From: an uncultured Verrucomicrobiae bacterium
GTDB lineage: Bacteria; Verrucomicrobiota; Verrucomicrobiia; Chthoniobacterales; JAFAMB01
Reading direction: 5' to 3'
Length of the DNA stretch: 64,000 nt
NCBI GenBank assembly: GCA_963762565.1
Contig: CAVXLD010000010.1
Location: 320,001-384,000, forward strand
The position numbers were made by a program, and so were the translations under genes. The stretch's first letter is position 1, and the number at the start of each line of letters is the position of its first letter. The notes beneath the pieces were generated by a model. That model made no database searches. It was not told where the DNA came from and saw nothing but the letters and a program-made list of their open reading frames with translations. Below, in pieces: positions 49,834 through 58,856 of the stretch.

Positions 49834-50473
49834 GCTCGTTTTGCCGAGCGGAGAACATGACTAACACACCATAGATGGTGTGATAGAGGCCGAAGCTCCC
49901 AGCCATGGCGTAGTAACCTAGCTGTTCCAACGTCGAGTTCGGCCGATCCGGAACAGCAGCAATCAAGAGGGGCGTCATCCCGCAGAGGATCACAACACTC
50001 GTCAGGATGAACGCCCAACCGAGGACGACAATTGAGCGGGGTGCAAAAGTCATCGTCGACAACAACGCCAACCCGTACAACGCCATCCAACAGACTGCGA
50101 TTAACAGTTCCGTCCCGGCTGCTCGGGCGAGAAAGAAGGTCAGAGCGATCGCCACAATGAAAGCGGGTGCGATCGCCAGCAACGCCGTACGTAAACGGTA
50201 AGAGGTAAACCGTTCTTGACGCCGCTCTGTGGAACGAAACAGGAAAAAGACATTTGCCGTGACGCTCAAGAGACAGACCACGATCCAGGCGAGGACAAAG
50301 TTATGCTGGCACAAGGGCTGAAATGGCCCGGGGATCAGCGCCAGCCCGGAAACCAAAAGGGCGATCAATCCACAGAAGAGCGCCGCTGGAGCCGACACCG
50401 CCCGGTAGACGGTCGCCCGCTCCATCAATTCACGAATGACGCGTAAATGCTCCTCGGCGGCCGAACGATTCAT
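49826..50473 (-). CDS. Hypothetical membrane protein co-transcribed with the wHTH regulator
   Basis: AEEHLRVIRELMER N-terminus, about six TM segments, FGLYHTIYG near the C-terminus. Confidence 0.8.
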   Translation of the reverse strand: MNRSAAEEHLRVIRELMERATVYRAVSAPAALFCGLIALLVSGLALIPGPFQPLCQHNFVLAWIVVCLLSVTANVFFLFRSTERRQERFTSYRLRTALLAIAPAFIVAIALTFFLARAAGTELLIAVCWMALYGLALLSTMTFAPRSIVVLGWAFILTSVVILCGMTPLLIAAVPDRPNSTLEQLGYYAMAGSFGLYHTIYGVLVMFSARQNEHG

Positions 50474-50481
50474 CCTCAATG

Positions 50482-50496
50482 CTTTGTGACACAAAG
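50482..50496. promoter_or_regulatory. Putative operator CTTTG-N5-CAAAG upstream of the membrane protein-wHTH operon
   Basis: GCTTTGTGACACAAAGC palindrome, core 8 nt before ATG 50473. Confidence 0.6.
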
Positions 50497-50915
50497 CTCT
50501 CGGCGGGGCAAGTGAAAAGCAGGAGCTAGGAGCTAGAATCTAGGAGCTAGGAGGGCGTTTGGCGTTTGGCGTTCGGCGTTCGGCGTGGCACCGTGCGGCC
50601 GGTGGCGGCGAGATGAGGCGCGAAGCGGCTACCCCGGAGTCTTTCGGGGCTGGAGAGATTTTAGCCTAGAGGTGTGTGTGGGACTTGCCGCGAAGCGGCT
50701 CCCGCGTAGCGGGTTGGAGATGCTGAAGGCGCGAAAGAAACGTTACTGGCCACGTTCGGCTCTCGCGAAAAAGCCGGATTTCCCAGGCCCGACCATCTTT
50801 CCAGAATCGATCCCTGAGACGGTCAAAACAACACAACTATATTAAGTAGTGAGTACGTCAAAAAATATTGTTATTTAATTCTTGCCATTCTTATCTAGCT
50901 CATTACTCTTCCCCC

Positions 50916-51380
50916 ATGAATCCTGAAAAAGCTCTAGAAAAAGCCGTCGAATCCTCGGCGAATGCCGGTGTCACAAAAATCCCCGTCTTGGGTATCGCTG
51001 CCGGACTTACTGAATCGGTGAAAGAAGCGCAACAAGCAGAGAAGGCTTTGGAACGGTCCCGAGATCCTGACCGCACCGAAGCAGAACGCACGGCTGCCAG
51101 CCGAGCCGCTGCTATCCACGGGCGGCGAGCCCTGTTCAAAGCGGTCAGCACGGTGCTAACCCAACTGCCAGCCGAGGGCACTGCCGCCTCCCTTACTCTC
51201 GACGGCGCCAATATGATTCTAGATCAAATAGAAGGGGATCCCAGCAAACTCGAGAAGAACGCCTCCCGAACTATCATACCAAAACAGGCCAGCACCGAAT
51301 CCTTCATGCAAGGTATCCGCGAACAAGCGGCTACAGAAACTCAGCATCAAAACGGTGAGCGACCGGCGATCAGACAGTGA
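50916..51380 (+). CDS. Hypothetical Ala/Glu-rich helical protein
   Basis: 154-aa ORF after an AT-rich region with TTGCCA-N16-TACTCT; hairpin downstream at about 51408-51440. Confidence 0.6.
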   Translation: MNPEKALEKAVESSANAGVTKIPVLGIAAGLTESVKEAQQAEKALERSRDPDRTEAERTAASRAAAIHGRRALFKAVSTVLTQLPAEGTAASLTLDGANMILDQIEGDPSKLEKNASRTIIPKQASTESFMQGIREQAATETQHQNGERPAIRQ

Positions 51381-51462
51381 TCAACGGAAGCCTTACCAAG
51401 AAAGGAACGGTCCGGATTGCACTTGCGCTGCATTCCGGACCCAACGTCGACTGAGAAGATAG

Positions 51463-51679
51463 AATAGCCGCAAACAAGCACAAAAAGCGCAAAAAAGGGA
51501 GCCAGCCTGCCGTGCTCTAGCGACTGAACACGCAGTTCAAATGCTGGGCTATCTTCGCTCCGCTCGCAAAGAGCACGGCTTGTTAATAAACTTTGGCGCC
51601 TACAAACTACAGGTTCGCAAGTATGCCCTGAGTCAGGAACCATTCGAAGTGTAACCCTTTTGCGCCTTTTGCGCCTATT
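51463..51679 (+). mobile_element. Internally deleted copy of the GxxExxY element
   Basis: AATAGCCGCAAACAAGCACAAAAAGCGCAAAA left end; TTTTGCGCCTTTTGCGCCTATT right end; GxxExxY 3' fragment inside. Confidence 0.6.
51505..51654 (+). pseudogene. 3' fragment of a GxxExxY gene
   Basis: Manual translation ACRALATEHAVQMLGYLRSARKEHGLLINFGAYKLQVRKYALSQEPFEV* aligns with ASRTLISEHVAQILGYLRSARREHGLLINFGSYKFQIRKF of 54374-54763. Confidence 0.85.
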
Positions 51680-51696
51680 TAGATTTTTCCGGACCG

Positions 51697-52314
51697 TCAC
51701 CGCTTCGACGCCAGCAATTTGCGAGCAACTTCCTGACACGCTGCCACCGAGGCTGCCGTATCGTCCTTTAGATTCAACGAGCTTCCCACTCCCAGCGCAG
51801 TGGCGCCGGCAGCAAAAAAATCCGGCGCGTTATCCAGGTTGATGCCACCCGTTGCCATCAGCGGGATCTCAGAAAAAGGACCGCGCAACTCCTTAAAATA
51901 AGCGCTCCCTAGCGTCGCAGCCGGGAACACCTTAATAACTTCCGCGCCGGCTTGATACGCCGAAAAGATCTCCGTCGGAGTCATCGCGCCTGAGAAAATC
52001 GGTATCCGATGCGAACGCGCAACCTTAATCACCTCAGTATTAAAGTTTGGTGTTACCAGAAACCGTGCTCCAGCCTGAATCGCTTTCTCGGCGAGATCAG
52101 GAACAGTTACGGTCCCTGCCCCGAAAAGTGCTCCTTTGAAATCCTTTGCCGCGGTTTCCAGGAACGGTAGCGCCCCTGGAGAATCGATCGTGACCTCGAT
52201 AAAACGCACTCCGGCTCCAAGCAGAGCACCCGCGCACACCCCGATATCCACGCGCGGACGCCTCAAAATCGCCACTAACGGAGCAGCCTGTAACTCAGCC
52301 AAGAATTCACTCAT
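51697..52314 (-). CDS. eda: KDPG/KHG (or KDPGal) aldolase
   Basis: VAILR, IEVT, GAGTV, FLVTP, TPTE, KVFPA, TGGI. Confidence 0.88.
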   Translation of the reverse strand: MSEFLAELQAAPLVAILRRPRVDIGVCAGALLGAGVRFIEVTIDSPGALPFLETAAKDFKGALFGAGTVTVPDLAEKAIQAGARFLVTPNFNTEVIKVARSHRIPIFSGAMTPTEIFSAYQAGAEVIKVFPAATLGSAYFKELRGPFSEIPLMATGGINLDNAPDFFAAGATALGVGSSLNLKDDTAASVAACQEVARKLLASKR

Positions 52315-52348
52315 TCTTTAACAACGATCTTCATCCTGGTTCGCGCGA

Positions 52349-52642
52349 AGTAATCAGTGCGGAGGGGAGCCGCTTTGGCGTGCATCTGTCCGCCCTAGCC
52401 AGTTTCGTCTCAGCAATTATCCGGCCAAGATGTGCGCAAACAGGCGGTTCCCGCAAACGGCCCCAGCGGTTCGCAACCCCCCAGAATCTAAACAAATCGC
52501 AGCCATGGGCAATCATCGCGCTGGGTTATTCCCGGGAGCCGCCCGTTGCGACATTCTTCGCTCGAATTGAGCGCTGGAAAAATACTGCGAGGTCGCCTGG
52601 TACGTGCCAAAGCGGCTCCCCTCCAGGTACACACTGATTACT
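52349..52642. repeat. Family A ~265-bp element, inverted homologue of 1505-1770
   Basis: GGAGGGGAGCCGCTTTG 52361 / CAAAGCGGCTCCCCTCC ending 52624; shares internal ATAACCCAGCGCGATGATT and CGAACCGCTGGG with the 1505 copy; outer AGTAATCAGTG / CACTGATTACT. Confidence 0.88.
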
Positions 52643-52671
52643 GACCCGCTGCCACGTTCCTTCGGCTTTTT

Positions 52672-54108
52672 TCAGCCAACGTCTGCCTTAGTCAGTTCAC
52701 CGTTAAGCGTGCGCCAAATGTTTCTGCCGTTCTTGTTCCGGAGGTCTACTGGCAGCAACGCCTCAGGAAAATTCTGGTAACAGGTCGGATGCACAAATCG
52801 TTGGATCGCCGCTGTACCAACGGACGTAAATCGCGCATCGCTTGTCGCCGGGTACGGACCGCCGTGATGCATGGCCGGGCAAACTTCAACACCGGTGGGA
52901 TAACCATTCCAGATGATGCGGCCTACCTTCGTTCGCAGAATCTCAGCTAATTGAGCCGCCAATTCCATGTCTGCTTCGTCCGCATGCAAAGTTGCCGTCA
53001 ATTGGCCTTTTAATTGTTTCGCGAACGCGACTAAGTCAGCCTCAGAGGAGCACTTCACCAGCAAGGTGGCCGGACCAAACAGTTCCTCATGCAACTCCGG
53101 CTCACGTAGGAATGTGCCAAGATCGGTTTCCAGAAAGATGCCTCCGCCTTCCGCGGAAACAAAACTTCGACGTTCCTCGATCAGTTTCTTGAAACGCGCT
53201 GCGATTCCTTCGGTCAACATCTGCCCTGGCGGTTTCTTGGACAGCAAGTCGCCGACTTGACCGGCAAGGACTTCGAGGCCATCGCCGGCGATACCAGCAA
53301 CGAACCCAGGTTTCGTACAAAACTGCCCGACTCCGAGGGTTACTGAATCCGCCAAGCCTTGAGCAATTTTATCCCGGCGGTTCGCCAGCGCATGCGGAAG
53401 GATAAAGAGTGGGTTTAGACTCCCCATCTCTGCAAAAACAGGGATCGGTTCTTCTCTGGCAGTTGCTGCATCAAACAAGGCTTTCCCCCCGGCAAACGAC
53501 CCGGTGAATCCGATCGCTTTAATCTCGGGATGCCGAACCAGCGCGACCCCGATCTCAATGCTCTGATCGCTGAGTAGACCGAATACGCCGGCGTCGATCC
53601 CCGACGCTCGGACTGCCCGCTTGATCGCATCGCCGATCAAAGCGGAAGTCCGTGGATGCCCAGGATGGGCCTTAACCACCGCCGGACAACCCGCCGCCAA
53701 CGCTGAAGCGGTATCACCCCCGGCCACTGAAAATGCGAGCGGGAAATTGCTCGCGGCGAACACACCAACTGGGCCGAGCGGTTCTAACATTCTCCGCACA
53801 TCCGGCTTAGGAACAGGTTTGCGATCCGGCTGAGCTGTATCAATACGGGCATCAACCCAGGAACCTTCTTCGATGAGACTAGCGAACATGCGCAATTGAT
53901 TGACCGTCCGGGCCCGTTCCCCGGCTAGTCGGTCACGTCCCAACCCGGTTTCGTCCGCACAAACGGTCAACAGTTCCTCCCCAATCCCTTCAATTTCTTC
54001 TCCAATCTTCCTGAGAAAGGCTGCTCGTTCCATTGCCGCGGGCGCCCGATACGCCGTCGCTGCCGCCAACAGCTCATCCAACTCCGCCGTCATCGCTTTC
54101 AGGTCCAT
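52672..54108 (-). CDS. Aldehyde dehydrogenase, alpha-ketoglutaric semialdehyde dehydrogenase-like (NADP+)
   Basis: ASNFPLAFSVAGGDTASALAAGCP, FTGS, AEMGSLNP, GQFCTKPG, HGGPYPAT; start uncertain (54108 ATG vs 54126 TTG). Confidence 0.9.
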   Translation of the reverse strand: MDLKAMTAELDELLAAATAYRAPAAMERAAFLRKIGEEIEGIGEELLTVCADETGLGRDRLAGERARTVNQLRMFASLIEEGSWVDARIDTAQPDRKPVPKPDVRRMLEPLGPVGVFAASNFPLAFSVAGGDTASALAAGCPAVVKAHPGHPRTSALIGDAIKRAVRASGIDAGVFGLLSDQSIEIGVALVRHPEIKAIGFTGSFAGGKALFDAATAREEPIPVFAEMGSLNPLFILPHALANRRDKIAQGLADSVTLGVGQFCTKPGFVAGIAGDGLEVLAGQVGDLLSKKPPGQMLTEGIAARFKKLIEERRSFVSAEGGGIFLETDLGTFLREPELHEELFGPATLLVKCSSEADLVAFAKQLKGQLTATLHADEADMELAAQLAEILRTKVGRIIWNGYPTGVEVCPAMHHGGPYPATSDARFTSVGTAAIQRFVHPTCYQNFPEALLPVDLRNKNGRNIWRTLNGELTKADVG

Positions 54109-54160
54109 ACCGCCTACGGTAGCCAAGAAGGGAAGAGCCGCAAAAGAGTAGAGAAGAAGG

Positions 54161-54817
54161 AATAGCCGCGAAAGATCGCAAAGAACGCAAAGAAAAGAGG
54201 GTTGTTCAAAAACGCCTTTCAGAATTGCATTTAGGTCACTTCACTCGGATTTCAGCGCCATCGACGGAAGGCACAATTAGCACCAAAGTAACACGGAAAT
54301 TTATTGTTTCATTATCTCCCGATGTTGGGATAATGGTCACCTTCAGAAAAGCAACCCAGGGAGAAGCATATCTATGAGAGACATCAACGAACTCTGTGAC
54401 ATCGTACGAGAAACTGCGTACGCCATTCATTGTTATCATGGGCATGGCCACTTAGAAAAGGTCTACGAAAATGCGTTGGCTCATCGCTTGAGCAAGGCTG
54501 GGCTTCATGTCGCGCAACAATACCCAATTGAAGTTTTTGATGAAGATGGAACCTCAATCGGCGAGTACTTCGCAGATTTGATCGTCGGGGACACGCTGAT
54601 CGTCGAGCTCAAAGCATCCCGCACCCTGATCAGTGAGCATGTGGCTCAAATCTTAGGCTACCTACGTTCCGCGCGACGCGAGCACGGACTATTGATAAAC
54701 TTTGGCAGCTACAAATTTCAAATTCGCAAATTCGCCAAGAGCCTCGATTCGTTAGGACTCTAACCAGATTTTGGGAGCTCGATTTTTTTGCGTTCTTTGC
54801 GTTCTTTTGCGGCTATT
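54161..54817 (+). mobile_element. Candidate GxxExxY-carrying element with nonamer-array inverted ends
   Basis: AATAGCCGCGAAAGATCGCAAAGAACGCAAAG / TTTGCGTTCTTTGCGTTCTTTTGCGGCTATT bracket the gene, which lies antisense inside a catabolic cluster. Confidence 0.55.
54374..54763 (+). CDS. GxxExxY protein (PD-(D/E)xK nuclease-like fold)
   Basis: GHLEKVYENAL, ADLIV...IVELK, Q.LGYL, GLLINFG. Confidence 0.93.
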   Translation: MRDINELCDIVRETAYAIHCYHGHGHLEKVYENALAHRLSKAGLHVAQQYPIEVFDEDGTSIGEYFADLIVGDTLIVELKASRTLISEHVAQILGYLRSARREHGLLINFGSYKFQIRKFAKSLDSLGL

Positions 54818-55815
54818 TAAATTCTTCGCACCGTTATCAGGCCTTCGTCGCGTGCCCGGGTTAACGGGTTTCGCAACGGGCGCCCAAAAGGTGAACACTC
54901 GATTTCAACCATGTCATTCGGTTCAGGGCTGAACCCGTCCTGACAACTGAGAGTACTGGCCCCAAAGAAATAGATATGCACATCGCCGGGGCGCCGGAAC
55001 ATCAGATACTTGAAATGATGATGTTCCAGGTTCGCGATGGTGTGAGTCATATTCTCTTCACCGGTTATGACACTGCCATTCCAGACCGGCTTCCCATTTC
55101 GAACAATGCGGACCGTCCCGGATAGGTTGGATGGGAGTTCTCCTAAAAAGAGCTCCGGCCCGATCGAGCATTCCCTTAGCTTTGAGTGCGCTAGATAAAG
55201 ATAATTCTGACGCTCGATCACATGATCGGACAACTCGTTTCCGAGCGTGAACCCGACTCGCACCGGGACACCTTGCGGATCGATAACATACAAACCGGCA
55301 ATCTCCGCTTCTTCTCCGCCGTCCCCCGCGAAGGCAGGTGAAGAGATCGGTTGTTCCGGCGCAACCAAACATTGACCGTCACCCTTGAAAGCCCATTCCG
55401 GCGGAACCCCAATCTCGCCTGGAGCCGGCTTGCCGCCTTCATATCCGAGGCGAAACATCTTCATCGAATCCGTCAATTGATCCGGATCCGAAGCGAGCTT
55501 CGCGTGCATCGCATCTCGAGACTTGGCGCTTCCTAGATGAGTGAGCCCAGTCAGCGAAACCCAGCATCGACTAGGATCGGGATGATCTAAAGGAACCAGC
55601 AACCGGCGCTCGCTGATAACGGCCTCGTACGGTTCGGTCCGCTCTGAAAGCTGAGACTCGGCTAACTCTGCTAATGACCGCCCGGTATTTAGCGCCGCGA
55701 ACACCAAATCATAAGCCGAGCTGAATCCATTCAATATTCGGAGCTCGGCTCCGTCCTGGCTGGGGATACCAACGCAGCGATCGCCGCGCGTATCTTTGAA
55801 TTGAACCAAGTTCAT
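54817..55815 (-). CDS. FAH-family AraD1/GguC-like protein (putative 2-keto-3-deoxy-aldonate dehydratase)
   Basis: LVQF, TGLTHLGSA, PEW.FKGDG, DGGEE.E, NELSDHV.ERQNYLYLAHSKLR, H.IANLEHHHFKY. Confidence 0.85.
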   Translation of the reverse strand: MNLVQFKDTRGDRCVGIPSQDGAELRILNGFSSAYDLVFAALNTGRSLAELAESQLSERTEPYEAVISERRLLVPLDHPDPSRCWVSLTGLTHLGSAKSRDAMHAKLASDPDQLTDSMKMFRLGYEGGKPAPGEIGVPPEWAFKGDGQCLVAPEQPISSPAFAGDGGEEAEIAGLYVIDPQGVPVRVGFTLGNELSDHVIERQNYLYLAHSKLRECSIGPELFLGELPSNLSGTVRIVRNGKPVWNGSVITGEENMTHTIANLEHHHFKYLMFRRPGDVHIYFFGASTLSCQDGFSPEPNDMVEIECSPFGRPLRNPLTRARDEGLITVRRI

Positions 55816-55821
55816 AAAATA

Positions 55822-55943
55822 AGAATCTAGGAGCTAGAATCTAGGAGGAATCCGCCGATCTGGCGGGTGTTTTGCAATTGATGCGCAATTTGGCCTCAAG
55901 ACCATTCTAGCTCCTAGATTCTAGCTCCTAGCTCCTAGCTCCT
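55822..55943. repeat. Inverted pair of AGGAGCT/AGAATCT heptamer arrays
   Basis: AGAATCTAGGAGCTAGAATCTAGGAG / TTCTAGCTCCTAGATTCTAGCTCCTAGCTCCTAGCTCCT. Confidence 0.88.
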
Positions 55944-55946
55944 TCT

Positions 55947-57467
55947 TTACATTACCGCCCCGAGCATCCAGGGCGCGAACTCCTCATCTCCAAATCCGTG
56001 TTCCTCTGAATGTGATTTTTCACCGGAAGCGATCTCGAGCATTCGTTGGAAGATCCGGCTGCCCATTTCCTGAAGGGACGCCGATCCATCTAGAATCTCT
56101 CCGCAGTTAATATCCATATCGTCCGACATGCGATAGAACAGCGAAGTATTCGTCGCCAATTTTAACGATGGCGTCGGTTTACAACCGTACACCGAGCCGC
56201 GTCCGGTCGTGAAACAGATTAGGTTCGCTCCACCTGCAACTTGTCCCGTTGCCGCCACGGGATCGTGTCCTGGGGTGTCCATAAACACCAGCCCATGAGC
56301 GGTCACTGGTTCGGCATACTCATAGACATCGACGAGGTTGGTGGTGCCACCCTTCGCTACCGCCCCGAGTGATTTTTCCAGGATGGTGGAAAGTCCGCCT
56401 AATTTATTGCCGGGAGAAGGATTGTTGTTCATTTCGCCGTGGTTGCGCGCGGTGTAGTCCTCCCACCACTTAATCCTGGCAACCAGCTTCTCTCCGACCT
56501 CTTCTGAAACTGCCCGCCGAGTCAGGAGATGTTCAGCTCCATAAATCTCCGGTGTCTCAGAAAGAATGGCCGTTCCGCCTGCTTCTACTAGCAGATCAAC
56601 GGCGGCTCCCAGCGCAGGATTAGCACTGATACCTGAATACCCATCCGAACCGCCGCATTGCAAAGCAACCGTCAAATGACGCGTCGAAACCGGTTCCCGC
56701 ACCACCTGATTTATTTCCGGCAACATCTCCTTAATAAGCTCGACTCCTCGTTGGACGGCTTTCACGGTTCCGCCACTGTCCTGAATCGTCATCGTTGCCA
56801 GTCGCGGTCCGCGTTCTAATCCTTGGTCATGAAGTAACGCGCCTACCTGGTTCACCTCGCAACCCAGACCGATAATCAGTACACCTCCAAAGTTAACGTG
56901 GCGCGCGTAACCAGCTAGCGTCCGTTGTAGAATCGTGAAGCCTTCCCCGGCATCAGCCATTCCACAGCCTGTGGTGTGCGTTATGGCAACCACTCCATCA
57001 ATATTTGGATAAGCCGGCAGAACTTGATGGTTCAGGATCTCCGCGATCTTTTTTGATACGGTTGCAGAGCAATTGACCGTAGAAATAATCCCGACGTAAT
57101 TTCGGGTCGCGACTCGACCGGACGGCCGCACGATGCCTTTAAACGAAGCGTCTTTTACAGTCGCAAACGGAGGCCTGCGATCGGCACAAAACGCGTAGTC
57201 CCGGGCAAAGTCGTGCAGCGCCAGGTTATGAACGTGAACGTGCTCGCCCGCAGCAATCGGTCTGGCCGCAAAACCAATCACTTGATTGTATCTTTTGACC
57301 GGCTGTCCGGGCGCAATGTCTCGTACCGCGATTTTGTGTCCCGCCGGAATATCGTTCGCCGTCCGCACCCCTTCTTTCTCTAACCACGTTCCGGAGCCGA
57401 TTGGACTGATCGCCACGACGACGTCATCAGCCGCGTGCAACCGGATAGCCCTAGATTCTTCATTCAT
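55947..57467 (-). CDS. UxaA/GarD-family sugar-acid dehydratase
   Basis: SAF domain (IPAGHKIA, GEHVHVHN), TRNY, GLGCE, LQCGGSD, NNPSPGNKLGGL, FTTGRGS. Confidence 0.92.
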   Translation of the reverse strand: MNEESRAIRLHAADDVVVAISPIGSGTWLEKEGVRTANDIPAGHKIAVRDIAPGQPVKRYNQVIGFAARPIAAGEHVHVHNLALHDFARDYAFCADRRPPFATVKDASFKGIVRPSGRVATRNYVGIISTVNCSATVSKKIAEILNHQVLPAYPNIDGVVAITHTTGCGMADAGEGFTILQRTLAGYARHVNFGGVLIIGLGCEVNQVGALLHDQGLERGPRLATMTIQDSGGTVKAVQRGVELIKEMLPEINQVVREPVSTRHLTVALQCGGSDGYSGISANPALGAAVDLLVEAGGTAILSETPEIYGAEHLLTRRAVSEEVGEKLVARIKWWEDYTARNHGEMNNNPSPGNKLGGLSTILEKSLGAVAKGGTTNLVDVYEYAEPVTAHGLVFMDTPGHDPVAATGQVAGGANLICFTTGRGSVYGCKPTPSLKLATNTSLFYRMSDDMDINCGEILDGSASLQEMGSRIFQRMLEIASGEKSHSEEHGFGDEEFAPWMLGAVM

Positions 57468-57491
57468 AAGCTTTAAAACTCTAACACGAGC

Positions 57492-57803
57492 GGGCGAAAC
57501 GGCGAGTGGGCGAATCCGAATGGGCGAAACGGCGATATGGTCCCCGATCGGTAGGGCGAAAATCTCGGCGCGAATTTCGGCTGCTACCTCGCCGATTCGG
57601 TCGCGCCGGATTTGAGCCATGCGTGCGATCGGCCTCGCCCAAGGCATATAATTTTCGAACAATCGCGAATCCGGGTAGGTGGTATGCGCACGGAGCGGCT
57701 CAAATCCGGCGCGGGAAAATTGCACACGAAAAGACACCCTCGGCGCGCCGAGATTTTCGCCCTACCGATCAGGGGGCCGCGTCGCCGTTTCGCCGATTCG
57801 CCC
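57492..57803. repeat. Long-stem GTAG REP-like inverted element inside GGCGA octamer arrays
   Basis: Perfect 27-bp IR 57546-57572 / 57744-57770; perfect 17-bp inner IR 57602-57618 / 57697-57713. Confidence 0.9.
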
Positions 57804-57815
57804 TTTCGCTTTCGC

Positions 57816-58736
57816 TCACGGCCTTTGCGCGCCGGTCGCCCCAACATACACCGCGTACAACGACGTCGTACCGGTTATAAACAATCGATTCCGTTTCGGC
57901 CCTCCAAAAGTCACATTCGACACCGACTCCGGAACCTTGATTTTTCCTAGCAACACTCCGTTTGGATCAAAGCAATGCACCCCATCACCCGCGCTAGTCC
58001 ACACATTCGCTTTGGTGTCGAGACGGAATCCGTCAGCACAACCAGGCGAAACCTCGGCAAATACTTTCCCTGCCCCCAACCCCTTACCGTCGCCGGTCAC
58101 AGGAAAAACCCGGATATGACGCTCTCCCCCAATTTTGTGCGAGACACCTGTGTCCGCGATATAAACCAATGACTCATCTGGAGAAAATGCGATGCCGTTC
58201 GGCTTATTAAAATCGTTTGCTAGAACCGTCAGCTCTCCTGTGTTCGGATCCAGCCGAAACACATAGGCGCCGCCGTACTCGCTCTCGCCGGCATGCCCTT
58301 CGTAATCGCTCAAAATCCCGTAGGGCGGATCGGTAAACCAGATTGACCCGTCCGATTTAACCACGGCATCGTTCGGCGAATTCAAGCGGTGTTGGCCAAA
58401 CCGATCGACCAAAACCGTGATGCTGCCGTCGGGTTCGGTCCGCGTCACTCGTCTTGCACCATGTTCACACGTGATCAGCCGGCCTTCCCGATCGCGGGTA
58501 TTACCATTGCTATTGTTAGAAGGCGTCCGGAACACGCTAACCTGCTCCCCAGCCCACCGCAGCATCCGGTTGTTCGGTATATCACTCCACAGCAGATAGT
58601 CGCCGTCGGCGAAATAGACTGGCCCCTCCGCCCAGAGACACCCCTGGTGAAGACGTTCCACCCAGCAATTTGGCACGGTAAGATACAAAAATCGTTCGTC
58701 GTAAACTTCGAATTCGTTACGTGGCCCGGAAGTCAT
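57816..58736 (-). CDS. SMP-30/gluconolactonase family lactonase
   Basis: WAEGP, WSDIP, SNGNT, NSPND, FTDPPYG, PNGIAFSPD, DG. Confidence 0.92.
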   Translation of the reverse strand: MTSGPRNEFEVYDERFLYLTVPNCWVERLHQGCLWAEGPVYFADGDYLLWSDIPNNRMLRWAGEQVSVFRTPSNNSNGNTRDREGRLITCEHGARRVTRTEPDGSITVLVDRFGQHRLNSPNDAVVKSDGSIWFTDPPYGILSDYEGHAGESEYGGAYVFRLDPNTGELTVLANDFNKPNGIAFSPDESLVYIADTGVSHKIGGERHIRVFPVTGDGKGLGAGKVFAEVSPGCADGFRLDTKANVWTSAGDGVHCFDPNGVLLGKIKVPESVSNVTFGGPKRNRLFITGTTSLYAVYVGATGAQRP

Positions 58737-58856
58737 GATCATAGGAGTCCAAGGAGTTCGAGGAGTTCAAGAATTGGGGCAGTCTGAAAATCGAGTAACC
58801 CAGCGACGCATCAAATTCAACGGAATCATACAGAAGAACATTTGGCGCCCATCGCT

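Noticed and set aside
50620..50706. Additional family A element
   Set aside because: Only short AAGCGGCT(A/C)CC fragments in direct orientation; too degenerate to delimit.
54109..54160. KGSA dehydrogenase truncated at its 5' end by the GxxExxY element
   Set aside because: The protein seems short at the N-terminus, but all catalytic motifs and a plausible ATG are present; it cannot be called a pseudogene without alignment.
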